Assembly (NCBI GenBank): GCA_050692175.1
Contig: JBOGTG010000078.1
Location: forward strand, 2,088-66,087
Origin: Candidatus Limnocylindria bacterium
GTDB taxonomy: Bacteria; Chloroflexota; Limnocylindria; P2-11E
Direction of reading: 5' to 3'
Length of the DNA: 64,000 bases
The position numbers and the translations under genes are program-made. Under the pieces are notes generated by a model, which made no database searches, had not been told where the DNA came from, and was given only the letters and a program-made list of their open reading frames with translations. The stretch's first letter is position 1, and every line of letters begins with the position of its first letter. Positions 17,939-27,079 of this stretch are shown here, in pieces.

Positions 17939-19306
17939 TTGATCCGCCTGCGCACGTTCCTGCCGCTCATCGCATTCGCCGTCGCCGCTTGTTCGCTGGT
18001 CCCTGCGGAACTGCAACGCGAGCTCCTTCCCTCCAACACCTCGTACAAGACCGCGGAGGCCGCCTACCAGGTCCTCATCGAACGCCACGTCGACAAGCCC
18101 ACATCGCAGACGCTCCTGACCGGCGCTTTGGCCAGCGTCGTTACCGAAGCGAAGAAAGCGGGCGCGACGGATGGCACCCTCCCCTCGGCCGGGCTGAACC
18201 TCACCGGCAGCACCTGGTCCGACTTCGCGAAGTTTTCCGATCGCTTGGACGCGATCGTCGCGTCCACGCCGAACGGCACCAAGACGCTCCTCGAGCGCGC
18301 GGCCGTCGACGGGATGGCCAAGTCAATGAACGAATGCCACACCTACTACATGGACCCCGAGCGGGCGAAGGGCTTCAACAAGCCCCAACCGCCCGTGTCG
18401 GGCATCGGCGTCACCATCCGTAAGCCGGCCAACGCGCCGATCGAAATCGTCAAGGTCATCCCAAACACGCCGGCGCAGCGCGCCGGCATCAAGGCTGGCG
18501 ACCAGATCGTGACCGTCGACGGCGTCGACGTAACGACCCTCCAGACCGACGAGGTCGCGAACAAGGTGAAGGGCCCGGAGGGCACCAGCGTGACGGTCGG
18601 GATCCAGCGCGGTCGGGAGACCCTGTCGTTCACCCTGAACCGTGCGCGTTTTTCGGTGCCGCTCATGACCGAGACCCTCATCAACGGAAACATCGGGCGG
18701 ATCGAGGTCCCGCAGCTCGTTGGCGAGGTTGCCGATGAGGTCGCCGCCGCCGTGCGACGACTCGACGCGAGCGGCGCGGACGCCTGGATCCTCGACCTGC
18801 GCGGCGACCCGGGTGGGGATCTCTCCGCCGCCGTCGACATCGCCAGCATCTTCGTCCGGCAGGGCACGCTCGTGTACCAGACCGGTCGTGACGGCAACCG
18901 CACAGCGCTCGACGTCAACCGCCGCCTCTACTTCCCGAACGCAAAGCCGCTCGTCGTGCTCGTGAACAAGAACTCGGCGTCTGGCTCGGAGATCATCGCA
19001 GCCGGCATCCGCGCGAACGAGGCCGGGATCGTCATGGGGACGCAGACCGCGGGCTGTGTCGGGACCGGCCAGCCCCGCGAGATGCCGGACGGCGGAATGC
19101 TCCTCGTCACGATCACGAAGATCCAGGACGCGAGGACGGGCGCCGACCTGAACGGGCCAGGCCGCGGTGTCGTCCCAGACCAGATCGTCGACCAGCCCGC
19201 GGACACCCAGGGCGACCCGCAGCTCGACGCAGCGGTCGCGTATCTCCGGACGAAGGTCGCGCGCTCGAGCGCGGCGCCGGAGCTCTTCTCGATGCGCGCC
19301 GCCTAA
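17939..19306 (+). CDS. S41 family C-terminal processing peptidase lipoprotein with PDZ domain
   Basis: Lipobox FAVAAC. PDZ domain (GIGVTI...PAQRAGIKAGDQIVTVDG). S41 motifs DLRGDPGGD and NKNSASGSEI. Confidence 0.9.
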   Translation: MIRLRTFLPLIAFAVAACSLVPAELQRELLPSNTSYKTAEAAYQVLIERHVDKPTSQTLLTGALASVVTEAKKAGATDGTLPSAGLNLTGSTWSDFAKFSDRLDAIVASTPNGTKTLLERAAVDGMAKSMNECHTYYMDPERAKGFNKPQPPVSGIGVTIRKPANAPIEIVKVIPNTPAQRAGIKAGDQIVTVDGVDVTTLQTDEVANKVKGPEGTSVTVGIQRGRETLSFTLNRARFSVPLMTETLINGNIGRIEVPQLVGEVADEVAAAVRRLDASGADAWILDLRGDPGGDLSAAVDIASIFVRQGTLVYQTGRDGNRTALDVNRRLYFPNAKPLVVLVNKNSASGSEIIAAGIRANEAGIVMGTQTAGCVGTGQPREMPDGGMLLVTITKIQDARTGADLNGPGRGVVPDQIVDQPADTQGDPQLDAAVAYLRTKVARSSAAPELFSMRAA

Positions 19307-20127
19307 CTGACCGCCCCGAGCGTCACGAGCCCCAAAACAAGTAGGACGATCCCCACGATCTGATTCGGCGCGAGGCGCTCGCCGAGCGCGATCATGCCGA
19401 GAACCGCGGGGATGATCGGATACATCCCGGTGCCGGTCGCGGCGAGCGAGGCGTACCCAGATTCGATGCCGAGCGCGAACAAGGCGTTCGCCAGCGTGTC
19501 GCCGACGCCCACGATCGTCCCGAGCACGAGTGCCGTCCGCTCGCGAAAGACGCGCAGATCCAGCCGTCGCGCGGCGATGTACGACCCGATGAAGACAAAA
19601 CTCGTCGCGCGCAGCAGCACGATCATCGCGATCCATGAGTATTCCCGTGTCGCGATCGCGAAGACGGCGCTCCAGAGACCGAAGCCGAGCGTCGCGACAA
19701 GCCCGATGCGCACGCCCGGCACGGGCCGACCGAGAGTGACGCGCAGCTCCCGCGCATCCGTGGACGTCAGAACGACCCCGATGAAGATCACGGACGCGGC
19801 AAGAATCTGCGGGGTCGTGAGGCGCTCGCCGAGGAAGATGACCACGAGGATCACCGTGATCACGACATAGGAGGCGACGACGGGAGCGACGACGGCGACA
19901 GGGCCGAGCGCGAGCCCCCGGTAGAGCGCGGCGACCGAGATCACCCCGAGGACGCCGAGCGCGACCGCGAACGGGACCATGCCGGGTTCGAACGTGGGCC
20001 AACGGCCCAGAGACCACATGACAACCGCGAACGAGACCAGGCCGGTAACCTGCATCGCGAATGCGGTGCGCACAGCGCCGACGCGACGCGCGCAGATCCC
20101 AGCGGCGTAGTCGGCGAAACCCCACAC
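19303..20127 (-). CDS. EamA/DMT family transporter
   Basis: 274 aa, polytopic membrane protein with the two-fold EamA repeat pattern. GTG start. Confidence 0.8.
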   Translation of the reverse strand: MWGFADYAAGICARRVGAVRTAFAMQVTGLVSFAVVMWSLGRWPTFEPGMVPFAVALGVLGVISVAALYRGLALGPVAVVAPVVASYVVITVILVVIFLGERLTTPQILAASVIFIGVVLTSTDARELRVTLGRPVPGVRIGLVATLGFGLWSAVFAIATREYSWIAMIVLLRATSFVFIGSYIAARRLDLRVFRERTALVLGTIVGVGDTLANALFALGIESGYASLAATGTGMYPIIPAVLGMIALGERLAPNQIVGIVLLVLGLVTLGAVS

Positions 20128-20190
20128 GATCGCGGCGGCGACGCCGAAGAGGAGAGCTTCCAGCTAAACGACCCGATCAATCTCTCGGCT

Positions 20191-20297
20191 CAGGGGTAGG
20201 GGCCCCTGGGCGCGAAGCGACCGAGGAGACACGCTCACGGCTGGTCGACTCGCTCGTCGTCGGCAGGGGCAGGGGCCCCTGAGCGCGGAGCGCACCG
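20191..20297. repeat. two ~33-nt direct repeats containing the palindrome AGGGGCCCCT
   Basis: CAGGGGTAGGGGCCCCTGGGCGCGAAGCGACCG (20191-20223) and CAGGGGCAGGGGCCCCTGAGCGCGGAGCGCACCG (20264-20297), spaced 73 nt apart. Both are intergenic between two minus-strand genes. Confidence 0.8.
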
Positions 20298-20310
20298 CTC
20301 CTCGCTCGAC

Positions 20311-21474
20311 TTAGACCACTAATTCGCGAGGTGCTTCCGTCAGGTTGCGTGCGCCGCTCTCGGTGATGACGAGCATGTCCTCGAGTCGAACGCCCCCTAT
20401 GACCGGGTCGTACACGCCCGGCTCGATCGTGACGACGTCCCCGGCGACGAGCGGCTTTATGCCGGAGCGCGCGATCACCGGTGCTTCGTGGATCTCGAGG
20501 CCGACCCCGTGGCCGGTCGAATGGATGAACCCTCGCGGAGTTGGGTCGCTCGGATCCTTCTTCTGATCGGGCCGGAGGGTGTCGTAGCCGGCCGCCCAGA
20601 TGATGTCCTCCACGAGCTCATGAACCTCGCGTCCGGTGACGCCCGCGCGCAGCGCCCTGATTCCCGCGTCCTGAGCGCGCAGGACGACGTCGTAGATCTT
20701 GCGGATCTCGGCGGAGGGCTGGCCCTTTGAAATGGTCCGGGTCATGTCCGCCCAGTAACGCGTCGCTTTGTGCTGCGGGAAGATGTCCATCACGATCGGC
20801 TCGCCCGCGTGGAGCGGGCCGGTGCCGATCTGGTGCGGGTCCGCGGCCTGCGGGCCCGGCGCGCAGATCGCTCCATCGGACGCGTAGCCGCGCTCCATCA
20901 GCGCGGTCTCGACGATCGCGCGGAGGCGCTCCGCCGTGAACACAGTTCCGTCCAGCTCGAGCGTCCGGTCCGATCGCACTTTGGCCCGGCGGATCGCATC
21001 GACGCCTTCTCGCCAGGCGTCCTCGGTGGCGCGCTGTGCCGCTTCGATCGCGTCGACCTCGTCTGGCCGTTTGACGCGTCGGCGCTCGGGGAGATCGATC
21101 GCGATGACGAGCTCGATGCCCATCTCGCGCAGGCGGTCGGCCTCGGCGAGTGGGAAGTAGGGCGCCACCGCGACCCGCCGGAGGCCGCGTGCGTCGAGGA
21201 CACGCTTCATTAGTGTCGCCCAGAACTCGGCGCCGGAGATCCCACGACCGGAAAGGTCCTGCGCGCCGTAATCGTTCATGTTCACGACCGTCGTGGCACG
21301 CGATTCCCTGCGCGCGCGACCTTCCTCGAGCGAGCTCGCGACGATGACGAGCTCTTCAACGTCCTCGAGAGCGATGATCGGGTCGGGCGCCAGGAACTTG
21401 GTCGTGTGGTAGACGTCGGGGAAGCGGTAGCCGTCGGCGCAGAAGAGCAGCGGCAAACGCGCTTCTTCGGCCAT
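20311..21474 (-). CDS. M24 family metallopeptidase (Xaa-Pro aminopeptidase/creatinase-like)
   Basis: Pita-bread fold motifs: VMDIFPQHK, FIHSTGHGVGLEIHE and GGVRLEDMLVIT. 387 aa. Confidence 0.9.
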   Translation of the reverse strand: MAEEARLPLLFCADGYRFPDVYHTTKFLAPDPIIALEDVEELVIVASSLEEGRARRESRATTVVNMNDYGAQDLSGRGISGAEFWATLMKRVLDARGLRRVAVAPYFPLAEADRLREMGIELVIAIDLPERRRVKRPDEVDAIEAAQRATEDAWREGVDAIRRAKVRSDRTLELDGTVFTAERLRAIVETALMERGYASDGAICAPGPQAADPHQIGTGPLHAGEPIVMDIFPQHKATRYWADMTRTISKGQPSAEIRKIYDVVLRAQDAGIRALRAGVTGREVHELVEDIIWAAGYDTLRPDQKKDPSDPTPRGFIHSTGHGVGLEIHEAPVIARSGIKPLVAGDVVTIEPGVYDPVIGGVRLEDMLVITESGARNLTEAPRELVV

Positions 21475-21512
21475 GTCCGAAAAGTTACTTCATCCGTGCC
21501 GGCGAAGCCGGA

Positions 21513-22226
21513 TCACCTGATCGACTCCGCAACGTCCCGTTCCCAGATCGCCCGATCGTGAGCGAAGTGCACGCGCACCGGGTCGAGCTCGTGAAATCGC
21601 GCGATCCACCCGGGGTACTGCGCGTGCGACTCGCCCGCGAGCGCGAGCTCGTGGGAGTACTGGTGGCGCGCGTAGTCGGACGAGAAGTTCAGGGCCTGCC
21701 CCGCGAGGACGACGCGACCCTTTTTCGTGTCGACAACGAGTGACTGATGGCCCGGCGAGTGTCCCGGCGTCGGCACGATGCGGATTCCCGGCCACGGCTC
21801 GGCCTCTCCATCGATCTCCTCGAGGGCCGCGCCGGGAAAGTCGGCCACGTGAGGCAGATGCGTGTAGTCGCTCTCTTGGCGCGCGTGCGCGAGCTCACGC
21901 TTCTGCACGAAGATCGGCGTCCGCGTGAAGTGACGGTTTCCGCCCGAGTGGTCGGCGTGGAAATGGCAGTTGGCGATGACCTTCACATCGGTGATGCCGT
22001 GGCCCGCCGCGCGAAGCGCTTCGTCTATCGGCCGCATGTACACCGGCTGGTAGGGCTCGACCATCTTCCTCGGCTCTGGCGAGAAACCGGTGTCGAACAG
22101 GAAGACGCCGCGCGGATGCTCGATGACGAAGGCTGTGACGACGACCCGCTCGCCCGGAAAGCGATCGCCGTCGGCGGGCATCGTGTAGTGCCCGGTGTGG
22201 ATGGGTTGGATGCGCGAATGAGCCAC
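21513..22226 (-). CDS. MBL-fold metallo-hydrolase, N-acyl-homoserine-lactonase-like
   Basis: CHFHADHSGG (HxHxDH) and TPGHSPGHQSLVV. 237 aa, a size and motif pattern like the AiiA-type lactonase family. Confidence 0.8.
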   Translation of the reverse strand: MAHSRIQPIHTGHYTMPADGDRFPGERVVVTAFVIEHPRGVFLFDTGFSPEPRKMVEPYQPVYMRPIDEALRAAGHGITDVKVIANCHFHADHSGGNRHFTRTPIFVQKRELAHARQESDYTHLPHVADFPGAALEEIDGEAEPWPGIRIVPTPGHSPGHQSLVVDTKKGRVVLAGQALNFSSDYARHQYSHELALAGESHAQYPGWIARFHELDPVRVHFAHDRAIWERDVAESIR

Positions 22227-22246
22227 GTCCGGCTCACACTAGCCGC

Positions 22247-22873
22247 GTGACCGACCTCGCCGGTTTCGTTGCGTTGGCGATCGTCGTGATCGTCACGCCC
22301 GGGCCAGACACCGCGCTCACCATCCGGAACTCGCTGCTCGGCGGTCGCACCGCGGGAGTTGCGACGGCCATCGGCGTCGCGCTCGGCCAGGCGACCTGGT
22401 CCCTCGCTACGAGCGCCGGGGTGGTCGCCCTGCTCGTCGCCGCCGAGCCGGCCTTCGCAGCTCTGCGGATCGCCGGCGTGGCGTATCTCGTGGTGCTCGG
22501 GCTCCAAGCGCTTTGGTCGGCGGCGCAGTCGCACACGACGGTCGGCACGCCGATCGCCGTGTCCAGGCGCGCGCACCCAGGGAGTGCCCTGCGGCAGGGC
22601 ATGGTCAGCAACCTCACCAACCCCAAGATGGCGGTCTTCTTTCCCAGCCTGCTTCCCCAGTTCGTGGCCGCGGACGTCCTTTCGTTCGCTGCGCTCTTGG
22701 CCCTGGGGCTCGCCTTTTCTCTCATGACGCTGACGTGGCTCACCGGCTACGCGCTCGCCGTCGCGCGTGCCGGAGACTTCCTTCGGCGAAGCGCCATTCG
22801 ACGCACGATCGAGGCGGTCACTGGTGTCGTGCTCGTGGCCTTCGGGATCCGCGTCGCGGTTGCCGAGCGATAG
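22247..22873 (+). CDS. LysE/RhtB family amino-acid (homoserine/lactone) exporter
   Basis: 208 aa. N-terminus IVVIVTPGPDTALTIRNSL, and NLTNPKMAVFF is typical of LysE/RhtB translocators. Confidence 0.85.
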   Translation: MTDLAGFVALAIVVIVTPGPDTALTIRNSLLGGRTAGVATAIGVALGQATWSLATSAGVVALLVAAEPAFAALRIAGVAYLVVLGLQALWSAAQSHTTVGTPIAVSRRAHPGSALRQGMVSNLTNPKMAVFFPSLLPQFVAADVLSFAALLALGLAFSLMTLTWLTGYALAVARAGDFLRRSAIRRTIEAVTGVVLVAFGIRVAVAER

Positions 22874-22883
22874 ACCGCGCGCG

Positions 22884-23183
22884 CTAGCTCCGCACCGTCC
22901 CGTAGCGCTTTCCCTGCGCCGTCCTCCGCACGAAGTAGCGGAGGCGCGTCGCGAAGATCTCCGGCCGGCCGCGCGCTCCCTCGATGAAGCCGAGGCGGAT
23001 CCGCTTGTAGGCGGCGGGAAGCCGTTCGAAGCGCGCCCATGCACCTGGCGCGGCGCGTAGCGCGCGCCGGACATCCGGCGCGACGACGATCCGCTCGCGA
23101 CGGAGCGCTGTCCCGAGTGCGGCGCGCCCGGCCGATGTCATGCGACGTTCCCGGACGAGACGGCGCGCTCGCGCCTTGTTCAT
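22884..23183 (-). CDS. YdeI/OmpD-associated family protein, C-terminal fragment (likely N-terminally truncated remnant)
   Basis: The 99-aa ORF matches the C-terminal half of the YdeI family. The family motif QRFTPRR is encoded in frame upstream of the only start codon. Confidence 0.5.
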   Translation of the reverse strand: MNKARARRLVRERRMTSAGRAALGTALRRERIVVAPDVRRALRAAPGAWARFERLPAAYKRIRLGFIEGARGRPEIFATRLRYFVRRTAQGKRYGTVRS

Positions 23184-23338
23184 CTCCGAAACTGGCGAGC
23201 CCTTCCGCCGTGGCGTGAATCGCTGAGCGCGGGAGTCCGGCCCGACCGCCGCGATGCTGCCACGTCGATGCGGCCGCGCGACCGACGCCCGTACGCACGC
23301 CCAAAAAAGCTGCGCGCTCCGCCACGCGCATGGCGTCG

Positions 23339-23851
23339 CTAGCCGCGGGACCCGGTCCCGGCCTCTTGGTCTTCCTCGGCGCGGTCACCCTCGACTCGAC
23401 CGCCGCGGATCTCGCCGCGCCACGCGCCTGTCGGAGTGCGTCGCTCCTCGACGAACTTCTTGAAGCGGCCGAGATCGCCATGGATGCGGGCGTCGTCCGC
23501 TCCGAGCACGTCGCCGATGCGCTCGGTCACGTCAGCGGGCTCCCAGTGCATCTCGACCTCGATCTTCGTCTTGTTCCCGCCGAGCGGCACGAAGCGCACG
23601 ATGCCTTCGTTCTGCGCGCCGGATGTGCTCCGCCACGCGATGATCTTGTCCGGCACCTGCTCGGTGATTTCGGCGTCCCACTCCTGGACCTTGCCCGCGA
23701 CCTTCGCGCGCCAGTGCACGCGCGTGTCGTCGCGCTGCTGCACCGTTTCGACGCCTTCCATGAACCGCGGGAATTCCTCGAACTGGGTCCACTGGTCATA
23801 CGCGACCCGGACTGGAACGTCCACTTCGATGGATTTCTTGACTGTCGGCAT
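23339..23851 (-). CDS. SRPBCC family (cyclase/dehydrase-like) protein
   Basis: MPTVKKSIEVDVPVRVAYDQWTQFEEFPRFMEGVE is the typical N-terminus of polyketide cyclase/dehydrase-like proteins. SD GGAGGAG lies upstream. Confidence 0.85.
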   Translation of the reverse strand: MPTVKKSIEVDVPVRVAYDQWTQFEEFPRFMEGVETVQQRDDTRVHWRAKVAGKVQEWDAEITEQVPDKIIAWRSTSGAQNEGIVRFVPLGGNKTKIEVEMHWEPADVTERIGDVLGADDARIHGDLGRFKKFVEERRTPTGAWRGEIRGGRVEGDRAEEDQEAGTGSRG

Positions 23852-24068
23852 AGCTATGACTCCTCCGCTTCTTTGCGCTGGATTCGCTTGCGATTCGCGC
23901 TCCCCTTCTTCGTCGCCGCTTTTTCATTCAGCCGCTGCTTCGTCTCGCGAGGCGAGCGAGTGGGCGGTTGACCGGCGCGGTTGGGGGGAGCTGAAAGCGA
24001 TCGCACGGGATGTATCGGCGCAAGAGCGGTGCCAGTTTTTCGAACGCGACCCGCCGGTCGGATGGGTG

Positions 24069-24521
24069 TTACTGGCCCGTCGCGTCCAGGCGCCGACGAA
24101 GCGCGGTCAGGAATGAGTCGATGGTGCGATGGTGCCCGACGATGTAGCGCGAGACGAAACGGAAGAACGCGTTGTAGACCTCACCGTTCTCGGTGATCAC
24201 CAACCGCGCTCCTCCATCCGCTTCCGGGTCGAGCTCCGAGGTCCACGTGCCGCCGAAATCCTTCTCCCCGACGATGCGGCGCACGAGCCGGCGCGGCGGG
24301 ACAGATTCGATTGTCTCGGTCTTCACGTCGCCAACGCCACGAGATCGCATGAAGGCCGGATCGGTAATCACCTCCCACACGCGCTCGGGCGGTGCGGCGA
24401 AGGTGGCGGAGCGGCTCGCGACGTGCCCGACCGGCAGCCTGCGCCCGACCAAGGTGCCCACGATGAACGCAAGGACCACGATGGCGACGAGGGCGCCGAG
24501 AAGGACAAAGACGATCTCCAC
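24069..24521 (-). CDS. SRPBCC family protein with N-terminal transmembrane helix
   Basis: TM helix MEIVFVLLGALVAIVVLAFIVGTLV is followed by an AHSA1/START-like pattern (PPERVWEVITDP). Confidence 0.75.
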   Translation of the reverse strand: MEIVFVLLGALVAIVVLAFIVGTLVGRRLPVGHVASRSATFAAPPERVWEVITDPAFMRSRGVGDVKTETIESVPPRRLVRRIVGEKDFGGTWTSELDPEADGGARLVITENGEVYNAFFRFVSRYIVGHHRTIDSFLTALRRRLDATGQ

Positions 24522-24598
24522 GGCCGGACACGTTAGCAGCCGCTGAGGGAGAATCGCTCTCTGATCGCGCGCCCCCGACTGTCACATCCTGACCCGTC

Positions 24599-25156
24599 GT
24601 GGTGCTCTATCTGTGGATGGAGGCCTCGTCGTCCATGACGCTGCCGGCACGGGGCGGAGGGCATTCCGCCGCGCTCTCGCCGGCATTCGAAGGCCTCTTC
24701 CGGGCCGAATACGCGCGCGTTGTGGGCATTGCCCATCGCGTGCTCGCAGATCAGGCTGAAGCGGAGGACGTGGCACAGGACGTGTTCATTTCGTTCTACC
24801 GGGCGCATCCCGCGAACGCGCCCTACGCGCCCGCTTGGCTCCACGCCGCCGCGGCGCACGCCGCTCTGAACACGCTCCGCGGCCGCGAGCGGCGCTCGCG
24901 TCGCGAGGCCGCGCAGGCCGTGCCGCTCGACACCGCGGCCGCGGACGATCCAGCCGAGGCCGTCGCCGCATCCGAGACCCGCGACGAGGTGCGCGCGATC
25001 CTCGTACGCCTGCCGGAGCGCTCGGCCGCGATGCTCGCGCTCCGCTACGCCGGCCTCTCATACGCCGAGATCGCCGCCGCGCTCGACGTCCGCGCGTCGA
25101 GTGTCGGCACGTTGCTCCGACGCGCGGAAGATGCCTTCCGGAGGGAACTGCGATGA
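24599..25156 (+). CDS. ECF-type sigma-70 family RNA polymerase sigma factor
   Basis: Region 2: FEGLFRAEYARVVGIAHRVL...AEDVAQDVFISF. Region 4: LPERSAAMLALRYAGLSYAEIAAALDVRASSVGTLLRRA. The exact start is uncertain. Confidence 0.85.
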   Translation: MVLYLWMEASSSMTLPARGGGHSAALSPAFEGLFRAEYARVVGIAHRVLADQAEAEDVAQDVFISFYRAHPANAPYAPAWLHAAAAHAALNTLRGRERRSRREAAQAVPLDTAAADDPAEAVAASETRDEVRAILVRLPERSAAMLALRYAGLSYAEIAAALDVRASSVGTLLRRAEDAFRRELR

Positions 25157-26172
25157 AAGACACCGAGATCGAGCGGGCGCTCGGCACGACCGAGCCCCTC
25201 ATCAACACCGACGACGCGCTCGGTCGATTCCGAACGAGAGTCGAGATCGAGGGGATCGCCCCGATTGCACCGATCGCACGCCAACGGATTCCCTCTCGCT
25301 GGCTGCAGGGCCTCGCCGCCGCGGCCGGCGTCGTGATCGTGGCAAGCGCGCTGACGCTCTCGGGGGTCGCCGACACGATCCTCCAGATCTTCGAGCCGAA
25401 GAACATCGTCGCCGTACCCCTGACGCAGGGCGACCTCAACTATCTCGGTCAGGCCTGCGCCGGCCTGAACCTTCAGGAGTGCATGGGCGCCTACGGCACG
25501 TTCGAGTGGACCGCTCCCCCGCAGCCAAAGGAAGTGCAGTCGCGAGGCGAGGCCTCGGCCGCGGCAGGCTTCGCGGCGCAGACGCCGACGTCGCTCCCGT
25601 CAAGCGTGACCGGGAGCCCGCGGTACGGCGTGATCAACCGCTCGAGCGCGACGTTCACGTTCAGCGCCGACTCCACGCGGCAGGCTGCCGCGCGCCAGAA
25701 CCGCACCGCCCCGCCGCTGCCCGCGAACATCGACGGCAGCAAGCTCTTCATCACAGGGGGGCCCGCGATCTTCCAGATCTGGGGCGCGCCCGCCGGGGCT
25801 CCGACCGCCACGGGCGCCTACCCCGACGTGCCGACGCTCGTTGTCGGACAGGCCAAGGCTCCGACGGTCTCGAGCGATCGCGTGACGGTCGACGAGCTCC
25901 GCACGTACCTCCTGTCGCAGCCAGGAATCTCGCCGCAGCTCGCAGCCGCGATCCGTGCGATTGGCGACCCCTCGAGCACGCTGCCCGTTCCGGTGCCGGC
26001 CGAGCTCGCGGTCTCGCACTCCGTCACAGTCCAGGGCGTTCAGGGCCTCTTCATCGGCGACAACACCGGGATCGCGAGCGCCGTCATCTGGCAGAAAGAC
26101 GGCATGATGTTCGAGGTGATCGGGTCGTTCACTGAGGGCGAGGCTCTCGCGATCGCGAACTCCATGCGGTAG
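25153..26172 (+). CDS. single-pass membrane protein, putative anti-sigma partner (DUF4367-like C-terminus)
   Basis: ATG 25153 overlaps the sigma stop (ATGA). It has a short cytoplasmic N-terminus and one TM helix (LQGLAAAAGVVIVASALTLSGV). The extracytoplasmic domain ends GLFIGDNTGIASAVIWQKDGMMFEVIGSF. Confidence 0.7.
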   Translation: MKDTEIERALGTTEPLINTDDALGRFRTRVEIEGIAPIAPIARQRIPSRWLQGLAAAAGVVIVASALTLSGVADTILQIFEPKNIVAVPLTQGDLNYLGQACAGLNLQECMGAYGTFEWTAPPQPKEVQSRGEASAAAGFAAQTPTSLPSSVTGSPRYGVINRSSATFTFSADSTRQAAARQNRTAPPLPANIDGSKLFITGGPAIFQIWGAPAGAPTATGAYPDVPTLVVGQAKAPTVSSDRVTVDELRTYLLSQPGISPQLAAAIRAIGDPSSTLPVPVPAELAVSHSVTVQGVQGLFIGDNTGIASAVIWQKDGMMFEVIGSFTEGEALAIANSMR

Positions 26173-27078
26173 GTGGCGATGGCGGCCGGCGCGATCCGGC
26201 TCGAGCACGTCACGAAGCGCTACGCGAAGGTCGTGGCGCTGGACGACCTTTCGCTCTCGGTGGAGCACGGCGTCTTTGGTTTCCTCGGTCCGAACGGAGC
26301 GGGCAAGACGACCGCCGTGAAAATTCTTCTCGGGCTCACGCGCCCGACGAGCGGGAGCGGTTCTCTCGCCGGGGCCGCGTTCGGATCGAAGGCGTCGCTC
26401 GGTCGCATCGGGTACCTACCGGAGCTCTTCCGCTATCAGTCGTGGCTGACCGCCCGCGAGGTGCTCGCGCTCCACTGCGAGCTCGCGGGCATCGATCGCG
26501 CGCGCTGGGCGTCTGAGATCGATGGCATCCTTGCGACGGTCGGCCTCGCCGATCGCGGCACAAGCCGCGTCGGCACGTTCTCCAAGGGCATGCAGCAGCG
26601 GCTCGGGCTTGGCGTGGCGCTGCTCGACGATCCCGCCGTCGTGCTCCTCGACGAGCCCACGAGCGCGCTCGATCCGGTCGGCCGCCACGACGTGCGCGAG
26701 ATCATCCGGGCGCTCCGGGAAAAGGGGACGATCGTTTTCCTCAACTCGCACCTGCTCAGCGAGGTCGAGCAGGTGTGCGACGCGGTGGCCATCGTCGACC
26801 GTGGCAAGGTCGTCGCGCAGGGAGATCTTGCCCAGCTCCTGCGAACGTCATCGGTGCGCATACGGGCGAACGGCGTCTCGCGCGACGCGCGCGCGGCGAT
26901 GACCCGGTTCGGCGAGCTCGACGACACCGCCGACGGCGCGGTCCTGGTCAAGGGAATCGACCGCGAGCGGATCCCGGAGCTGGTCAGCGCGATCGTCGCG
27001 CTGGGCGCTCGCGTTTACGCCGTCGAGCCCCAGCACGAATCGCTCGAAGAGCGCTTCCTGAGCCTTCTGGGGCAGTGA
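26173..27078 (+). CDS. ABC transporter ATP-binding protein
   Basis: Walker A GPNGAGKTT, signature FSKGMQQRL, Walker B VVLLDEPTSALD. Confidence 0.9.
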   Translation: MAMAAGAIRLEHVTKRYAKVVALDDLSLSVEHGVFGFLGPNGAGKTTAVKILLGLTRPTSGSGSLAGAAFGSKASLGRIGYLPELFRYQSWLTAREVLALHCELAGIDRARWASEIDGILATVGLADRGTSRVGTFSKGMQQRLGLGVALLDDPAVVLLDEPTSALDPVGRHDVREIIRALREKGTIVFLNSHLLSEVEQVCDAVAIVDRGKVVAQGDLAQLLRTSSVRIRANGVSRDARAAMTRFGELDDTADGAVLVKGIDRERIPELVSAIVALGARVYAVEPQHESLEERFLSLLGQ

Positions 27079-27079
27079 G

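Noticed and set aside
23852-23990. Minus-strand micro-ORF encoding MKKRRRRRGARIASESSAKKRR... upstream of the SRPBCC gene.
   Set aside because: It runs out of frame into the SRPBCC start, has no SD, and is extremely basic low-complexity sequence. It is more likely 5'-UTR than coding.
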